From assembly GCA_964016885.1 (NCBI GenBank), contig OZ024742.1, positions 220,968,001 to 221,032,000 of the forward strand: a stretch of DNA of 64,000 nt, given 5' to 3'. Made by a program: the position numbers and the translations under genes. Shown piece by piece: positions 1 through 13,799 of the stretch; the stretch's first letter is position 1, and the number at the start of each line of letters is the position of its first letter. The notes beneath the pieces are model-generated. The model saw only the letters and a program-made list of their open reading frames with translations. It was not told where the DNA came from and did not search any database. Source of the stretch: Eledone cirrhosa. Taxonomy: Eukaryota.

Positions 1-3000
1 ACACAGCAGCTTGACCAGTGTCCTCCACACAGCGCATGGAGGATAGTGATGAGACCATTACACAGCAGCTTGACCAGTGTCCTCCACCCAGCCCATGGAG
101 GATAGTGATGAGTCCATTAGACAGCAGCTTGACCAGTGTCCTCCACCCAGCCCATGGAGGATAGTGATGAGTCCATTAGACAGCAGCTTGACCAGTGTCC
201 TCCACCCAGCCCATGGAGGATAGTGATGAGGCCATTACACAGCAGCTTGACCAGTGTCCTCCACCCAGCCCATGGAGGATAGTGATGAGGCCATTACACA
301 GCAGCTTGACCAGTGTCCCCCACCCAGCCCATGGAGGATAGTGATGAGGCCATTACACAGCTGCTTGACCAGTGTCCTCCACACTGCCCATGGAGGATAG
401 TGATGAGGCCATTACACAGCAGCTTGACCAGTGTCCTCCACACAGTCCATGGATGATAGTGATGAGGCCATTACACAGCAGTTTGACCAGTGTCCTCCAC
501 CCAGCCCATGGAGGATAGTGATGAGGCCATTACACAGCAGCTTGACCAGTGACCTCCACACAGCCCATGGAGGATAGTGATGAGGCCATTACACAGCAGC
601 TTGACCAGTGTCCTCCACACAGCCCATGGAGGATAGTGATGAGGCCATTACACAGCAGCTTGACCAGTGTCCTCCACACAGCCCATGGAGGATAGTGATG
701 AGGCCATTACACAGCAGCTTGACCGGTGTCCTCCTCGCAGCCCAAAGAGGATAGTGATGAGGCCATTACACAGCAGCTTGACCAGTGTCCTCCACACTGC
801 CCAAGGAGGATAGTGATGAGGCCATTACACAGCAGCTTGACCAGTGTCCTCCACACAGCCCATGGAGGATAGTGATGAGGCCATTACACAGCAGCTTGAC
901 CAGTGTCCCCCACACTGCCCATGTAGGATAGTGATGAGGCCATTACACAGCAGCTTGACCAGTGTCCTCCACACTGCCCATGGAGGATAGTGATGAGGCC
1001 ATTACACAGCAGCTTGAGCAGTATCCTCCACACAGCCCATGGATAGTGATGAGGCCATTACACAGCAGCTTGACCAGTGTCCTCTACACTGCCCATGGAG
1101 GATAGTGATGAGGCCATTACACAGCAGCTTGACCAGTGTCCTCCACAGAGCCCATGGAGGATAGTGATGAGGCCATTACACAGCAGTTTGACCAGTGTCC
1201 TCCACACTGCCCATGGAGGATAGTGATGAGGCCATTACACAGCAGCTTGACCAGTGTCCTCCACACTGCCCATGGAGGATAGTGATGAGGCCATTACACA
1301 GCAGCTTGACCAGTGTCCTCCACACTGCCCATGGAGGATAGTGATGAGGCCATTACACAGCAGCTTGACCAGTGTCCTCCACACTGCTCATGGAGGATAG
1401 TGATGAGGCCATTACACAGCAGCTTGACCAGTGTCCTCCACACTGCCCATGGAGGATAGTGATGAGGCCTTTACACAGCAGCTTGACCAGTGTCCTCCTC
1501 ACAGCCCAAAGAGGATAGTGATGAGGCCATTACAGAGAAGCTTGACCAGTGTCCTCCACACAGCCCATGGAGGATAGTGATGAGGCCATTACATAGCAGC
1601 TTGACCAGTTTCCTCCACACTGCCCATGGAGGATAGTGATGAGGCCATTACACAGCAGCTTGACCAGTGTCCTCCACACATCCCAAGGGGGATAGTGATG
1701 AGGCCATTACACAGCAGCTTGACCAGTGTCCTCCACACTGCCCATGGAGGATAGTGATGAGGCCATTACACAGCAGCTTGACCAGTGTCCTCCTCACAGC
1801 CCAAAGAGGATAGTGATGAGACCATTACACAGCAGCTTGACCAGTGTCCTCCACCCAGCCCATAGAGGATAGTGATGAGGCCATTACACAGCAGCTTGAC
1901 CAGTGTCCTCCTCACAGCCCAAAGAGGATAGTGATGAGGCCATTACAGAGAAGCTTGACCAGTGTCCTCCACACAGCCCATGGAGGATAGTGATGAGGCC
2001 ATTACATAGCAGCTTGACCAGTTTCCTCCACACTGCCCATGGAGGATAGTGATGAGGCCATTACACAGCAGCTTGACCATTGTCCTCCACCCAGCCGATG
2101 GAGGATAGTGATGAGGCCATTTGACAGCAGCTTGACCAGTGTCCTCCACCCAGCCCATGGACGATAATGATGAGGCCATTACACATCAGCTTGACCAGTG
2201 TCCTCCACTCAGCCCATGGAGGATAGTGATGAGGCCATTACACAGCAGCTTGACCAGTGTCCTCCACACTGCCCATGGAGGATAGTGATGAGGCCATTAC
2301 ACAGCAGCTTGACCAGTGTCCTCCACCCAGCCCATGGAGGATAGTGATGAGGCCATTACACAGCAGCTTGACCAGTTTCCTCCGCACTGCCCATGGAGGA
2401 TAGTGATGAGGACATTACACAGTAGCTTGACCAGTGTCCTCCAAAAAAACCCATGGAGGATAGTGATGAGGCCATTACACAGCAGCTTGTCCAGTGTCCT
2501 CCACACTGCCCATGGAGGATAGTGATGAGGCCTTTACACAGCAGCTTGACCAGTTTCCTCCGCACTGCCCATGGAGGATAGTGATGAGGCCATTACACAG
2601 CAGCTTGACCAGTATCCTCCACCCAGCCCATGGAGGATAGTGATGAGGCCATTACACAGCAGCTTGTCCAGTGTCCTCCACACTGCCCATGGAGGATAGT
2701 GATGAGGCCATTACACAGCAGCTTGACCAGTGTCCTCCACACTGCCCATGGAGGATAGTGATGAGGCCATTACACAGCAGCTTGTCCAGTGTCCTCCACA
2801 CTGCCCATGGAGGATAGTGATGAGGCCATTACACAGCAGCTTGACCAGTGTCCTCTACACTGCCCATGGAGGATAGTGATGAGGCCATTACACAGCAGCT
2901 TGACCAATGTCCTCCACACTGCCCATGGAGGATAGTGATGAGGCCATTACACAGCAGCTTGTCCAGTGTCCTCCACACTGCCCATGGAGGATAGTGATGA

Positions 3001-5802
3001 GGCCTTTACACAGCAGCTTGACCAGTTTCCTCCGCACTGCCCATGGAGGATAGTGATGAGGCCATTACACAGCAGCTTGACCAGTGTCCTCCAAAAAAAC
3101 CCATGGAGGATAGTGATGAGGCCATTACACAGCAGCTTGACCAGTGTCCTCCACACTGCCCATGGAGGATAGTGATGAGGCCATTACACAGCATCTTGAC
3201 CAGTGTCCTCCACACTGCCCATGGAGGATAGTGATGAGGCCATTACACAGCATCTTGACCAGTGTCCTCCACAGAGCCCATGGAGGATAGTGATGAGGCC
3301 ATTACACAGCAGCTTGACCAGTGTCCTCCACACTGCCCATGGAGGATAGTGATGAGGCCATTACACAGCAGCTTGACCAGTGTCCTCCACCCAGCCCATG
3401 GAGGAGAGTGATGAGGCCATTACACAGCAGCTTGGCCAGTGTCCTCCTCACAGCCCAAAGAGGATAGTGATGTGGCCATTACACAGCAGCTTGACCAGTG
3501 TCCTCCACACAGCGCATGGAGGATAGTGATGAGACCATTACACAGCAGCTTGACCAGTGTCCTCCACCCAGCCCATGGAGGATAGTGATGAGTCCATTAG
3601 ACAGCAGCTTGACCAGTGTCCTCCACCCAGCCCATGGAGGATAGTGATGAGTCCATTAGACAGCAGCTTGACCAGTGTCCTCCACCCAGCCCATGGAGGA
3701 TAGTGATGAGGCCATTACACAGCAGCTTGACCAGTGTCCTCCACCCAGCCCATGGAGGATAGTGATGAGGCCATTACACAGCAGCTTGACCAGTGTCCTC
3801 CACCCAGCCCATGGAGGATAGTGATGAGGCCATTACACAGCAGCTTGACCAGTGTCCTCCACACTGCCCATGGAGGATAGTGATGAGGCCATTACACAGC
3901 AGCTTGACCAGTGTCCTCCACACAGTCCATGGATGATAGTGATGAGGCCATTACACAGCAGTTTGACCAGTGTCCTCCACCCAGCCCATGGAGGATAGTG
4001 ATGAGGCCATTACACAGCAGCTTGACCAGTGACCTCCACACAGCCCATGGAGGATAGTGATGAGGCCATTACACAGCAGCTTGACCAGTGTCCTCCACAC
4101 AGCCCATGGAGGATAGTGATGAGGCCATTACACAGCAGCTTGACCAGTGTCCTCCAGACAGCACAAAGAGGATAGTGATGAGACCATTACACAGCAGCTT
4201 GACCAGTGTCCTCCACACAGCTCATGGAGGATACTGATGAGGCCATTACACAGCAGCTTGACCAGTGTCCTCCACACTGCCCATGGAGGATAGTGATGAG
4301 GCCATTACACAGCAGCTTGACCAGTGTCCTCACAACCCGAAGAGGATAGTGATGAGGCCATTACACAGCAGCTTGACCAGTGTCCTCCACACAGCCCATG
4401 GAGGATAGTGATGAGGCCATTACACAGCAGCTTGACCAGTGTCCTCCACACAACCCATGGAGGATAGTGATGAGGCCATTACACAGCAGCTTGACCAGTG
4501 TCCTCCACACTGCCCATGGAGGATTGTGATGGGGCCATTACACAGCAACTTGACCAGTGTCCTCCACACTGCCCATGGAGGATAGTGATGAGGCCATTAC
4601 ACAGCAGCTTGACCAGTGTCCTCCTCACAGCCCGAAGAGGATAGTGATGAGGCCATTACACAGCAGTTTGACCAGTGTCCTCCACCCAGCCCATGGAGGA
4701 TAGTGATGAGGCCATTACACAGCAGCTTGACCAGTGACCTCCACACAGCCCATGGAGGATAGTGATGAGGCCATTACACAGCAGCTTGACCAGTGTCCTC
4801 CACACAGCCCATGGAGGATAGTGATGAGGCCATTACACAGCAGCTTGACCAGTGTCCTCCAGACAGCACAAAGAGGATAGTGATGAGACCATTACACAGC
4901 AGCTTGACCAGTGTCCTCCACACAGCTCATGGAGGATACTGATGAGGCCATTACACAGCAGCTTGACCAGTGTCCTCCACACTGCCCATGGAGGATAGTG
5001 ATGAGGCCATTACACAGCAGCTTGACCAGTGTCCTCACAACCCGAAGAGGATAGTGATGAGGCCATTACACAGCAGCTTGACCAGTGTCCTCCACACAGC
5101 CCATGGAGGATAGTGATGAGGCCATTACACAGCAGCTTGACCAGTGTCCTCCACACAACCCATGGAGGATAGTGATGAGGCCATTACACAGCAGCTTGAC
5201 CAGTGTCCTCCACACTGCCCATGGAGGATTGTGATGGGGCCATTACACAGCAACTTGACCAGTGTCCTCCACACTGCCCATGGAGGATAGTGATGAGGCC
5301 ATTACACAGCAGCTTGACCAGTGTCCTCCTCACAGCCCGAAGAGGATAGTGATGAGGCCATTACACAGCAGCTTGACCAGTGTCCTCCACACTGCCCATG
5401 GAGGATAGTGATGAGGCCATTACACAGCAGCTTGACCAGTGTCCTCCACCCAGCCCATGGAGGATAGTGATGAGGCCATTACACAGCAGCTTGACCAGCG
5501 TCCTCCACACTGCCCATGGAGGATTGTGATGGGGCCATTACACAGCAGCTTGACCAGTGTCCTCCACACAGCCCATGGAGGATAGTGATGAGGCCATTAC
5601 ACAGCAGCTTGACCAGTGTCCTCCACACTGTCCATGGAGGATAGTGATGAGGCCATTACACAGCAGCTTGACCAGTGTCCTCCACACTGCCCATGGAGGA
5701 TAGTGATGAGGCCATTACACAGCAGGTTGACCAGTGTCCTCCACACAGCCCATGGAGGATAGTGATGAGGCCATTACACAGCAGCTTGACCAGTGTCCTC
5801 CA
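1..5802. repeat. 59-bp tandem satellite/minisatellite (about 98 copies, open at window start)
   Basis: Unit acacagcagcttgaccagtgtcctccacacagcccatggaggatagtgatgaggccatt repeats with period 59; a degenerate last unit at about 5803-5830. ORFs called here are repeat artefacts. Confidence 0.98.
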
Positions 5803-6243
5803 AGTAGCCTTACGAAGGACAGTGAATAGGTTAGTGTCTCTGGTCAGTTAAAACATGGTGAACACAAACAAAAATATCATATCTCAAGATTAACAGTGTT
5901 TAAAATACAACAACTATAATTAATGATTCCTAACATAGACACGAGCCCAGAAACATTGGTGGAAAGGCATAGTCGATTAAATAAACTCCACTACTTGACA
6001 GCCACTTTATTTTACCAACACTGGAAGAAGGAAAAGGCAAAGTTGATATCAGTTGCATTTGAACTCAGAACATAAATAGATGTAACTAAATATCTAAAGG
6101 CATTTTGTCTACTATTCTACTAATTCTGTGATCCACCATCCTCACACAAATATGATTGAGCAAATGAAGAAGCCTTTGTATGGTAGCTCAACCTACTAGA
6201 ATTAGCTACCAATTTTCCCTTCAATTGTACCTTACCACCTTAA

Positions 6244-6463
6244 CCCTTTAGCATTTAAACCAGCTATAACTGGCCAGAACTCTTTCACCTCTTTCTGTTC
6301 AAACTGTTCAAACCAGCTGCTCATACTGAAGTTAAGGTATTGTTCTCAAAATAAATAATATCAAAATCTCATAGATTTGATATTATGTGAGATAATTACA
6401 TGAAGTAAAGCTTTTACCGTGAAAATATAATAGTAAATATAGAGTAATGTAAATGCTAAAGGG
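6244..6463. mobile_element. piggyBac-like MITE
   Basis: TTAA|CCCTTTAGCATTTA ... TAAATGCTAAAGGG|TTAC terminal inverted repeats with TTAA-like target. Confidence 0.65.
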
Positions 6464-7199
6464 TTACGAAAAAACAAAGAATACATTGAATAAATGCAGT
6501 CCCAGATATACAAAAGGGCAAGATGGTCACAGTCTATAGGGTTCAATTAGAGGTGACCTGAGGGGACTAATCAATAGCAACAATGATTGATAATAAAAAT
6601 GCAAATATTCTCAAAAAGTTAGGACTTGAAAATCTCCAACAATGTAAAGTAGAAAAAATGATTACAACGAAGTTTTGGTGTTTAGGGTGTCTTTGATCAA
6701 TGAACAAGGAAACGGTCAGATGATAAAATGACTGATCCAATTAATTGTGGAGAAAGACTGATGGAAAACAAGTGAAATACAATCTTACATTAGTTCAAGT
6801 AAATGTTGTGCTTTTCTTTGTAAGATCATTCTGTATAATTTGGTAAAGTGACAGGATGAAACAAGAACAACATTTATTTCCCTAGAACATGCAATGTTAT
6901 CTTTTATACTACACACTTACATATACATATATCTGACATCTTATCAATGTGTATTTCTTTAAGACAGAGAAAAGAAACAGACAGGCAAATTAAAGTTATT
7001 CTTTAGTTTTGTCAATCCACTTCTTCATTGAGTGAATGTCTTTATTGATTTCCTCAGTATCATGGAATGGTAATGAACTGGTAAAAAGAAGAGAGAGAGG
7101 AAAGACAAGAATATTTGTATTTTCAATTTATATTTAAGCATTTTTCAATTATGGAACATATTAATCTTTAGAGAATTTTCAAGTATTGAAAGTAGTAGG

Positions 7200-7585
7200 A
7201 CAGGGCAGCAAATGTAGAGGGTAAAGGCTAGAGAGAAGAGAATCAAGCATGCTCCATTGGATGTGTAATATTAGTATGCATGAGCAATAAAGCCCAGATG
7301 GACTGAGAGAAAAATTGGACATTAGAAGAATCAGATGCATTGTGTAAGAGAGGAGATTGTGTTGGTATGGACATGTGATTCAAATAGATGATGACAATTG
7401 GGTGAAGAAGTGACAAGGGTTCCCAGTGGAAGTAAGCTGCAAAAGAGGAAAACTTGGGCATAAGTGGTGAAAGCTGATATCAGAAGTCTGAACTTCACAA
7501 AAAAGAGACAATCTGGAGACAAGTGGAGACAATCTGTGCTGGAAAAGATCCATTCAACCCATGCAAGCATGGAAAAATCATGCAA
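7200..7585 (+). mobile_element. degenerate RTE-type LINE 3' fragment
   Basis: Remnants (tggatgtgtaat..., tggtatggacatgtg = WYGHV, aaaacttgg = KTW) parallel the RTE C-terminus at 50845-51243; ends in aacccatgcaagcatggaaaa tail. Confidence 0.6.
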
Positions 7586-10500
7586 AAAGGATAATGAAAA
7601 GACTTAAAATTAAATTTTAAAAATTCTGATTGAATATAATACTACACAAGGCTTTTGCTTCATCTAACAGTTAAAATATTTCTCAAGTCATATCAACTAT
7701 CTTTAAAAAATGAAAACATTGGACAAAAATATACATGTATATTCACAGCAGGATTGCATTTATGAAGTTGACCTTTAGTTAAACAACAATAATTCAGCAC
7801 AGACTGGTTATATTTGCCTTCATTGACACACACATTTTACTAAATCACAGTTGATTTCTTTGAAGCAGAAGATAAATTGAGTAGATAAAGGTGGTTAAGG
7901 GAACCCTAATATCTTACTGGTACATACTAATAATTGGAGTGCCAATTATAGTAGGCTATAGCAACATCATAGTGCTAGAGTTGTGTATCTATTATCAGCA
8001 TTATGGAGACTATCTTTACATCTTTTCTCATTCAATAGTACAGGTACCAGTTTATATAGAATATGCTGCACTGGAGATGACTACCTACCAGCATAGAATA
8101 TGACCTGACCCTTCCACATGCCAGACTTCCACTATCATTCTCTAGTAGCTATTCTCACTATCATTGCAAACTCTCATATATACTTTATCGAGGATTATCC
8201 CCCCCCACACACCTCTAAAATTCTGACACATTTGGCATAACCCCTTAGTAGCTGTTATCACAGTATCTCTCACATTATAGAGCCACCTCATCTCCTCTTA
8301 CCCACCCTGACAAATCCCACCACGACACCACACTTGTTATATACTCATGACATAGTTATCATTCTTAACCATGCCCATCCTATTCTTGCCCGTCCAAAGA
8401 GCTCTTCAGTTGAGTTAATGACCGACAACCTCTCTAGGGCTGGTGCCACAAAAAATGCAAAGTAGTTTACGATAGGAAGGGCAACCCACTGTAGAAACCA
8501 TGCCAAAAAGAGGGTGACAGAACTTTTCAGTTGGGTCAAAGTCACGATAACCTCTCTAGTGTTGATGATGTACATAAATTCCCTCAATAATTAACTATTC
8601 TGTAAAGTAGTTGTTTATAGGAAAAGTATCTAGCTGTAGAAAACCTGTCAAACAAAGGGTTGAGAGGACTCTCCAGCTATAACAAAGACATGATAACTTC
8701 CCTAGTGGTGGTAACCACAATAAAATGTACTTGGTAGGGTGCAGGAACGTTTGAAGTGAGATACAAGCTCCTGGCCTATCTAAGCACTTGGTAGAATACA
8801 GGAACATATGTAAGTAAGATGCAGGCCCCCATGTCATCTAAAATGTCAGTAGGGTACTGACCCAGTCTGTGATAACTTGTCCAACCCTTGCTAACAGGGA
8901 AAATGGACATTAAACCATGATGATGAATAACAGAACAAAACTATAGTGGGTTGTAAGTAAATTATATTAATAGTTTACTCATGCAACAAATATTTCTTGG
9001 CTTTGTAAGAAAATTTAAATTTCATTGATGCAGTTTTAAGAAATGTTAAGAATATAAGGCATTCGGGCAAGGTCAGTGAAGATGACTATTGGAAGGTATA
9101 GTGAGAAAGCTTTTTAATACAGAGGCTATTTATGACAAGTGTGTAAGAGTAGTCTCTTTTACAAGTAAGTTATGATTATATCTTGTAGTTGTCATAGTGT
9201 TAGTGGTAATTGACTGATAGTCATTAACGAAACTAAGAAGTTTATAAATTCACTGGAAAATCAAAGTTAATGGAAGAATGGGCATACTGGATGGGTTACA
9301 TATGACATAAATGAGGAGAGTTCAGGCATAGGAAGAATAAGTTGTGAAAGAAACAAGAAAACGATCCATAATGTATGGCTCAAAAAGTGGTTTTACCACT
9401 TCAAAATCTGTTTGTTACTATATTTCTATTTTGAAAATATTCTGGAATTTGGAGGGATTTAGTAATATAACTAACTTTCCTATTAAGCTGGTGTTTGGAG
9501 TATAGTCTATCAAATTATGGAAGTTTTTTAGATAAATATAAACCATTTAAAACAAAGTTTGTATCATAAAACCAAGGGTGGCTTCATGGGGTTTTGCATC
9601 AAAAAGTTTCATTGAAACATGAATTAAAAACAAAATATTTACCTAATGATGGCAACAGATACTTTGTCAACATATCTACCTGAAAACATAGAAATTCCAT
9701 CAGAACAAGTGTATAAGAACAAGATTACATTTATATTAAGTAAAAACTATTATATTTCCATATTGTATCAAGTTTAGAATAAATACACTGCATTCTTGTA
9801 TATCATAAGAGGTGGCTAAAAATGTTAACTCCAGGTTGTAAAAAATTTCCTCTAAAAGAACCCCATGATGAGTATGAAGCTTATAACAGGGTCCACAAGG
9901 TCCTGTTTGAGTAAGGAAATGGTCTTAAGATGCTTGCTATTTAGTTGATAGTTTCCTTACTTAGAAAGGGCACTTATTACAAGAGCTATAAACATGAAAC
10001 TTAGGTTTCAATTTACTAGAAATGAGTTTAACTTCTCTTTACTAGTGTCGGTAATGAGTTAAATGGACAGGCTACTCAAAATATTTCTAGCAATTTGTGG
10101 TTGGATGCACTTTACAGCATGTATCAACCACATAGCCATGAAGTAGAAATGGTACTGCTACTATTACATAAGCTACTATGATGTTAGTAATAGAAAAAGA
10201 TATTTCTTAAAATCCATAATTATCTTACATGATATTTTTAGATAATTATTTGATGAAGGAGCAACAGGATATAATTGATCCATCCTTTACAAATATTACA
10301 TGTAATGATCTATTGGTAACGAGTGAATTAGACAAAAATTATGCAAAAGTCATCTCTATAATAATGATTGTACTAGATTTTTTGTCCATTTCTAACATGA
10401 ACGCTATGATCTCACAAAAACATTCTAAAATTTTCAAAATGAAGTACCTTACTCAAGGCCACAATGCATTACCCAGTCTGGGAGTCTACCCCATGATCTT

Positions 10501-12394
10501 ATCATTTTTGAGCCTTAACCACCAATTTACGCTCTTTCACATTACTGTCAGTAATAAAAGTGTTAATCCGCTCATAATTTATACTTAAAAATAAAAAGTT
10601 GAAAACATCTTCCCTGGTTTACAGGTTTCACAGACTGCAGAACAAAGATGACAGTACTTACAATACTGAAAAGGTAAAAGAATTATCATTATGTCAGTTT
10701 TTTCCAAACAATTCCTATATATATAATTTATAATTTTTCTCCGTTTTTTTTTTTTTTGTAAGCCACTGATAATTATTGCTAGGTTCTGTTTTTCTCTCCA
10801 ACTCAGCTCTTAATTTTTAATCCAAACTCATGTCATTGGAACACTTCAGTTATTTTCCCTTAACTCATGTTTTTAACATCCTGTAATGATTTAATAGAAA
10901 ATATCTAAAGACAAGCTTGTTAAGTCAAATATTTATAGTATCTTTATAGATTTTAAATATTTGAAATATTAGAGGAAAGACTTTAAACTTTAATATGAAG
11001 TAATCATAGTGCTGTTTTGAACTTTACAAAAATGTTTTCCTAATGTGGTTTCATGTAACAAGGACATTAAGAGTTAAATAACATTTATATCTGTATATTG
11101 AATGGAAATTCCTCTGCTCTTTGTCAGGTTTTGTTTTTCCTCCTGCAGGGTGTCCATAATCACCCTCTTCATCAAGCAAACTGGGTGGGATTGCTGGTAT
11201 AGCAAGCTACTTTCCTTTGGCGCATTTCCTTTGCGTTGTTTGGCTGAGTTAAGCCAATAGCTAGCAGCGTAGATAAATGTATTTCAACATCCACCCAAAG
11301 GGAGAAATTCCCACTTCTTTTCGATAAACTATCTCTCTTGCAGCTCGACACCTCTCGATTTTGTTCCTCAAGCATAAACAATATGTAACAAAACCTCACT
11401 ACGGGTCTGGCTAACGCCTCAGCCAGTTGACCGTACCTTCTCAAACCTTAATTTTGTTTGTTCATTTCTTTTGGCATGCCAGCCCAGCTAACGCAGCTCA
11501 ACTTCTCGGCTTTGTTAATAAATTATATTAAAACGTTGTAAAGTCTTATGATGTTATATACTGCTAAAATGGTGAATAATACATGCTGCTATACTAATAA
11601 CATAATACACCACCATCTTATGTTATAAACTGCTTCACTGGTGACTTCTATTGATACACAATAAACAAATACAAACATTAGCATTCACATATTATATCTT
11701 ATTTAATACTAACATCATTGGTGACCCGATGCGCGAACATTTTCGAACTAAATGTTCCTTTAAAAAGAAAATAAGATGTATTTTAAAAAAGATAACAACA
11801 CTCAAACCTTTATTGTATTGTATTGTATCAACACCCTGTAAAAACTTTCTTGTTGATAACATGACATCACGTTGTTTACCTTCAATGAACCCGCCTAAGA
11901 AAACATTCTTTAAGAAAAAATTAGCTGTATTTAAAAAAAATTATAGCACGAAAAAAATGTTTTTTTCAACATGGCTTCCACTGACAACAACATCAACAAC
12001 GACAGCAGCAGCAGCAGCAGCAGCAGCAACAACATTGATTAACCACTAACCATAAACACGGGGAAAACGATGTGGCAGATTTATAGTCTTACCGGCGCAA
12101 CCCACCACACCTTCGTTTTACGGGATTACAGTTCAACTACGACCTACCAACAGATTCAACTTTTTGATTTCTTTTCAAAGCAACTTTAACCATTTTTTCT
12201 GGCTGCCAAGCACTTTTGGCAATTCACTGGGAGGCTGACAATGTCTTGCCTACCCATCAACTCCTTGTCAACACCTGCGAATATTGACTCACATTTTATG
12301 GCCGCATAACAGCCATCCTAGAGTCGTTGGATCTCTCTTCATCGGAATTAGCAATCGGCAAATGCAGATACCTGTCCGTACACAGTTACTGGTA

Positions 12395-12605
12395 AACTAC
12401 CATAACAGCTTCATCCACACAGCTCTGGTACAATATTTACCATAACAGCTTCATCTACACAGCTCTGGTACTACATTTGCCAAAACAACTATACAGCTCT
12501 GGTAAAACATGAACAGCACCATCATTGACATAACAGCTACACAGCTCTGGTACAACATTTACCATAACAGCTACACAGCTCTGGTAAAACAATTACCATA
12601 CCAAC
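12395..12605. repeat. short degenerate tandem repeat (accataacagct...acacagctctggta) inside LTR element interior
   Basis: About 5 imperfect copies of cagctctggta with 32-49 bp spacing. Confidence 0.75.
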
Positions 12606-13799
12606 TAATGCAAGAACAGAAAATGTTCGCCCTTGTCAGACATTATCCGTTTTCTGTCAGACCCCGGGTGGTCACGTATAAATAGAAAAACAGCTAGTCA
12701 TTTAACACAGTGGCTTAACAAGGCCCTTAGCGCCTCTCTTACAATTTTCTTCTTGCATGCATTCTTTTGTTCAATTTTTTCATTGATGTGCTCTCTTTCA
12801 GCGTTTTCCTGCTGGTAATCAATGCAAATTCAATCTTATTTATCGTCCTTCCGGACTAAGTGTGGGGTGAGGTATTGTAACAAGCTACTTTCCTTTGGCG
12901 CATTGATACCCTTTCTGTGCGCATTGTTTGGCTGAGTTAAGCCAATAGCTGCAGCGTAGGGAAATGTATTTCAACTTCCACCCAAAGGGAGAAATTCCCG
13001 CTTGTTTTCGATAAACTCTTTCTTGCAGCTCGACACTGTTAAGGTAAACACCTCTTGATTTTGTTCCTCAAGCATAAACAATATGTAACGACAAAACATC
13101 ACTACGGACCTGGCTAACGCCTCAGCCAGTTGACCGTACCTTCTCGAACCTTAATTTTATTTGTTCATTTCTTTTGGCATGCCAGCCCAGCTAACACAGC
13201 TCAACTTCTCGTCTTTGTTAATAAATTATATTAAAACGTTGTAAAATCTTAAGATGTTATATACTACTAAAATGGTGAATCTTTTTATAATTGCATGTTA
13301 TCAGTCTTCGAAGGAACTTGTTTGTATAAGCGATATAAGTGAAATACCTTAATCGAAGAGTTGGTAGCTTCTCATTGGTAGTAAATGCTTCTACTTCCAG
13401 GATATAAATAACTATCTCTTTAACGCTCAATCCTCTATAAATATAATATTATTTGTCGAAAGGAATGTAGGAGTCATTTTTTAATAATTCTTCACGCGTC
13501 TGTATCAGCTCTGTCTGGTCTCTCGAGTGCTGTCTGAAGTTTTTTTAACCAGAGAGCGAGAGTGAGATCGACCATGTATCCATCTGCAACTTCCCATTGG
13601 TCAGTTTTACCTTATTGCGTATGAAAATGTTGCTATTGAGAGGTCGACGTAGTTCCACTACATCACCCTCTGCTTAGTCTGGAAAGCAGTCGATAAAAAT
13701 GAGGAGAAATTGTCTGCAAAAGTAACATAAGTCATGCAAAGCAAATACAAAAATGAATAAAAAAAAGTAAAAATAAGAATAGTTCATATGTAAATTGTT

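Noticed and set aside
1943-3231. Short ORFs in the satellite
   Set aside because: Unit length is not a multiple of 3 and stops recur; chance ORFs.
1-5802. CRISPR array or tandem hammerhead/box C-D/SECIS in the 59-bp repeat
   Set aside because: No unique spacers or cas genes; gtgatga is present but there is no GAAA box, no canonical CUGA box D, and the helix is too short for SECIS.
10229-10588. 119-aa ORF
   Set aside because: No recognisable domain; overlaps a SINE-like relic near 10440-10520.
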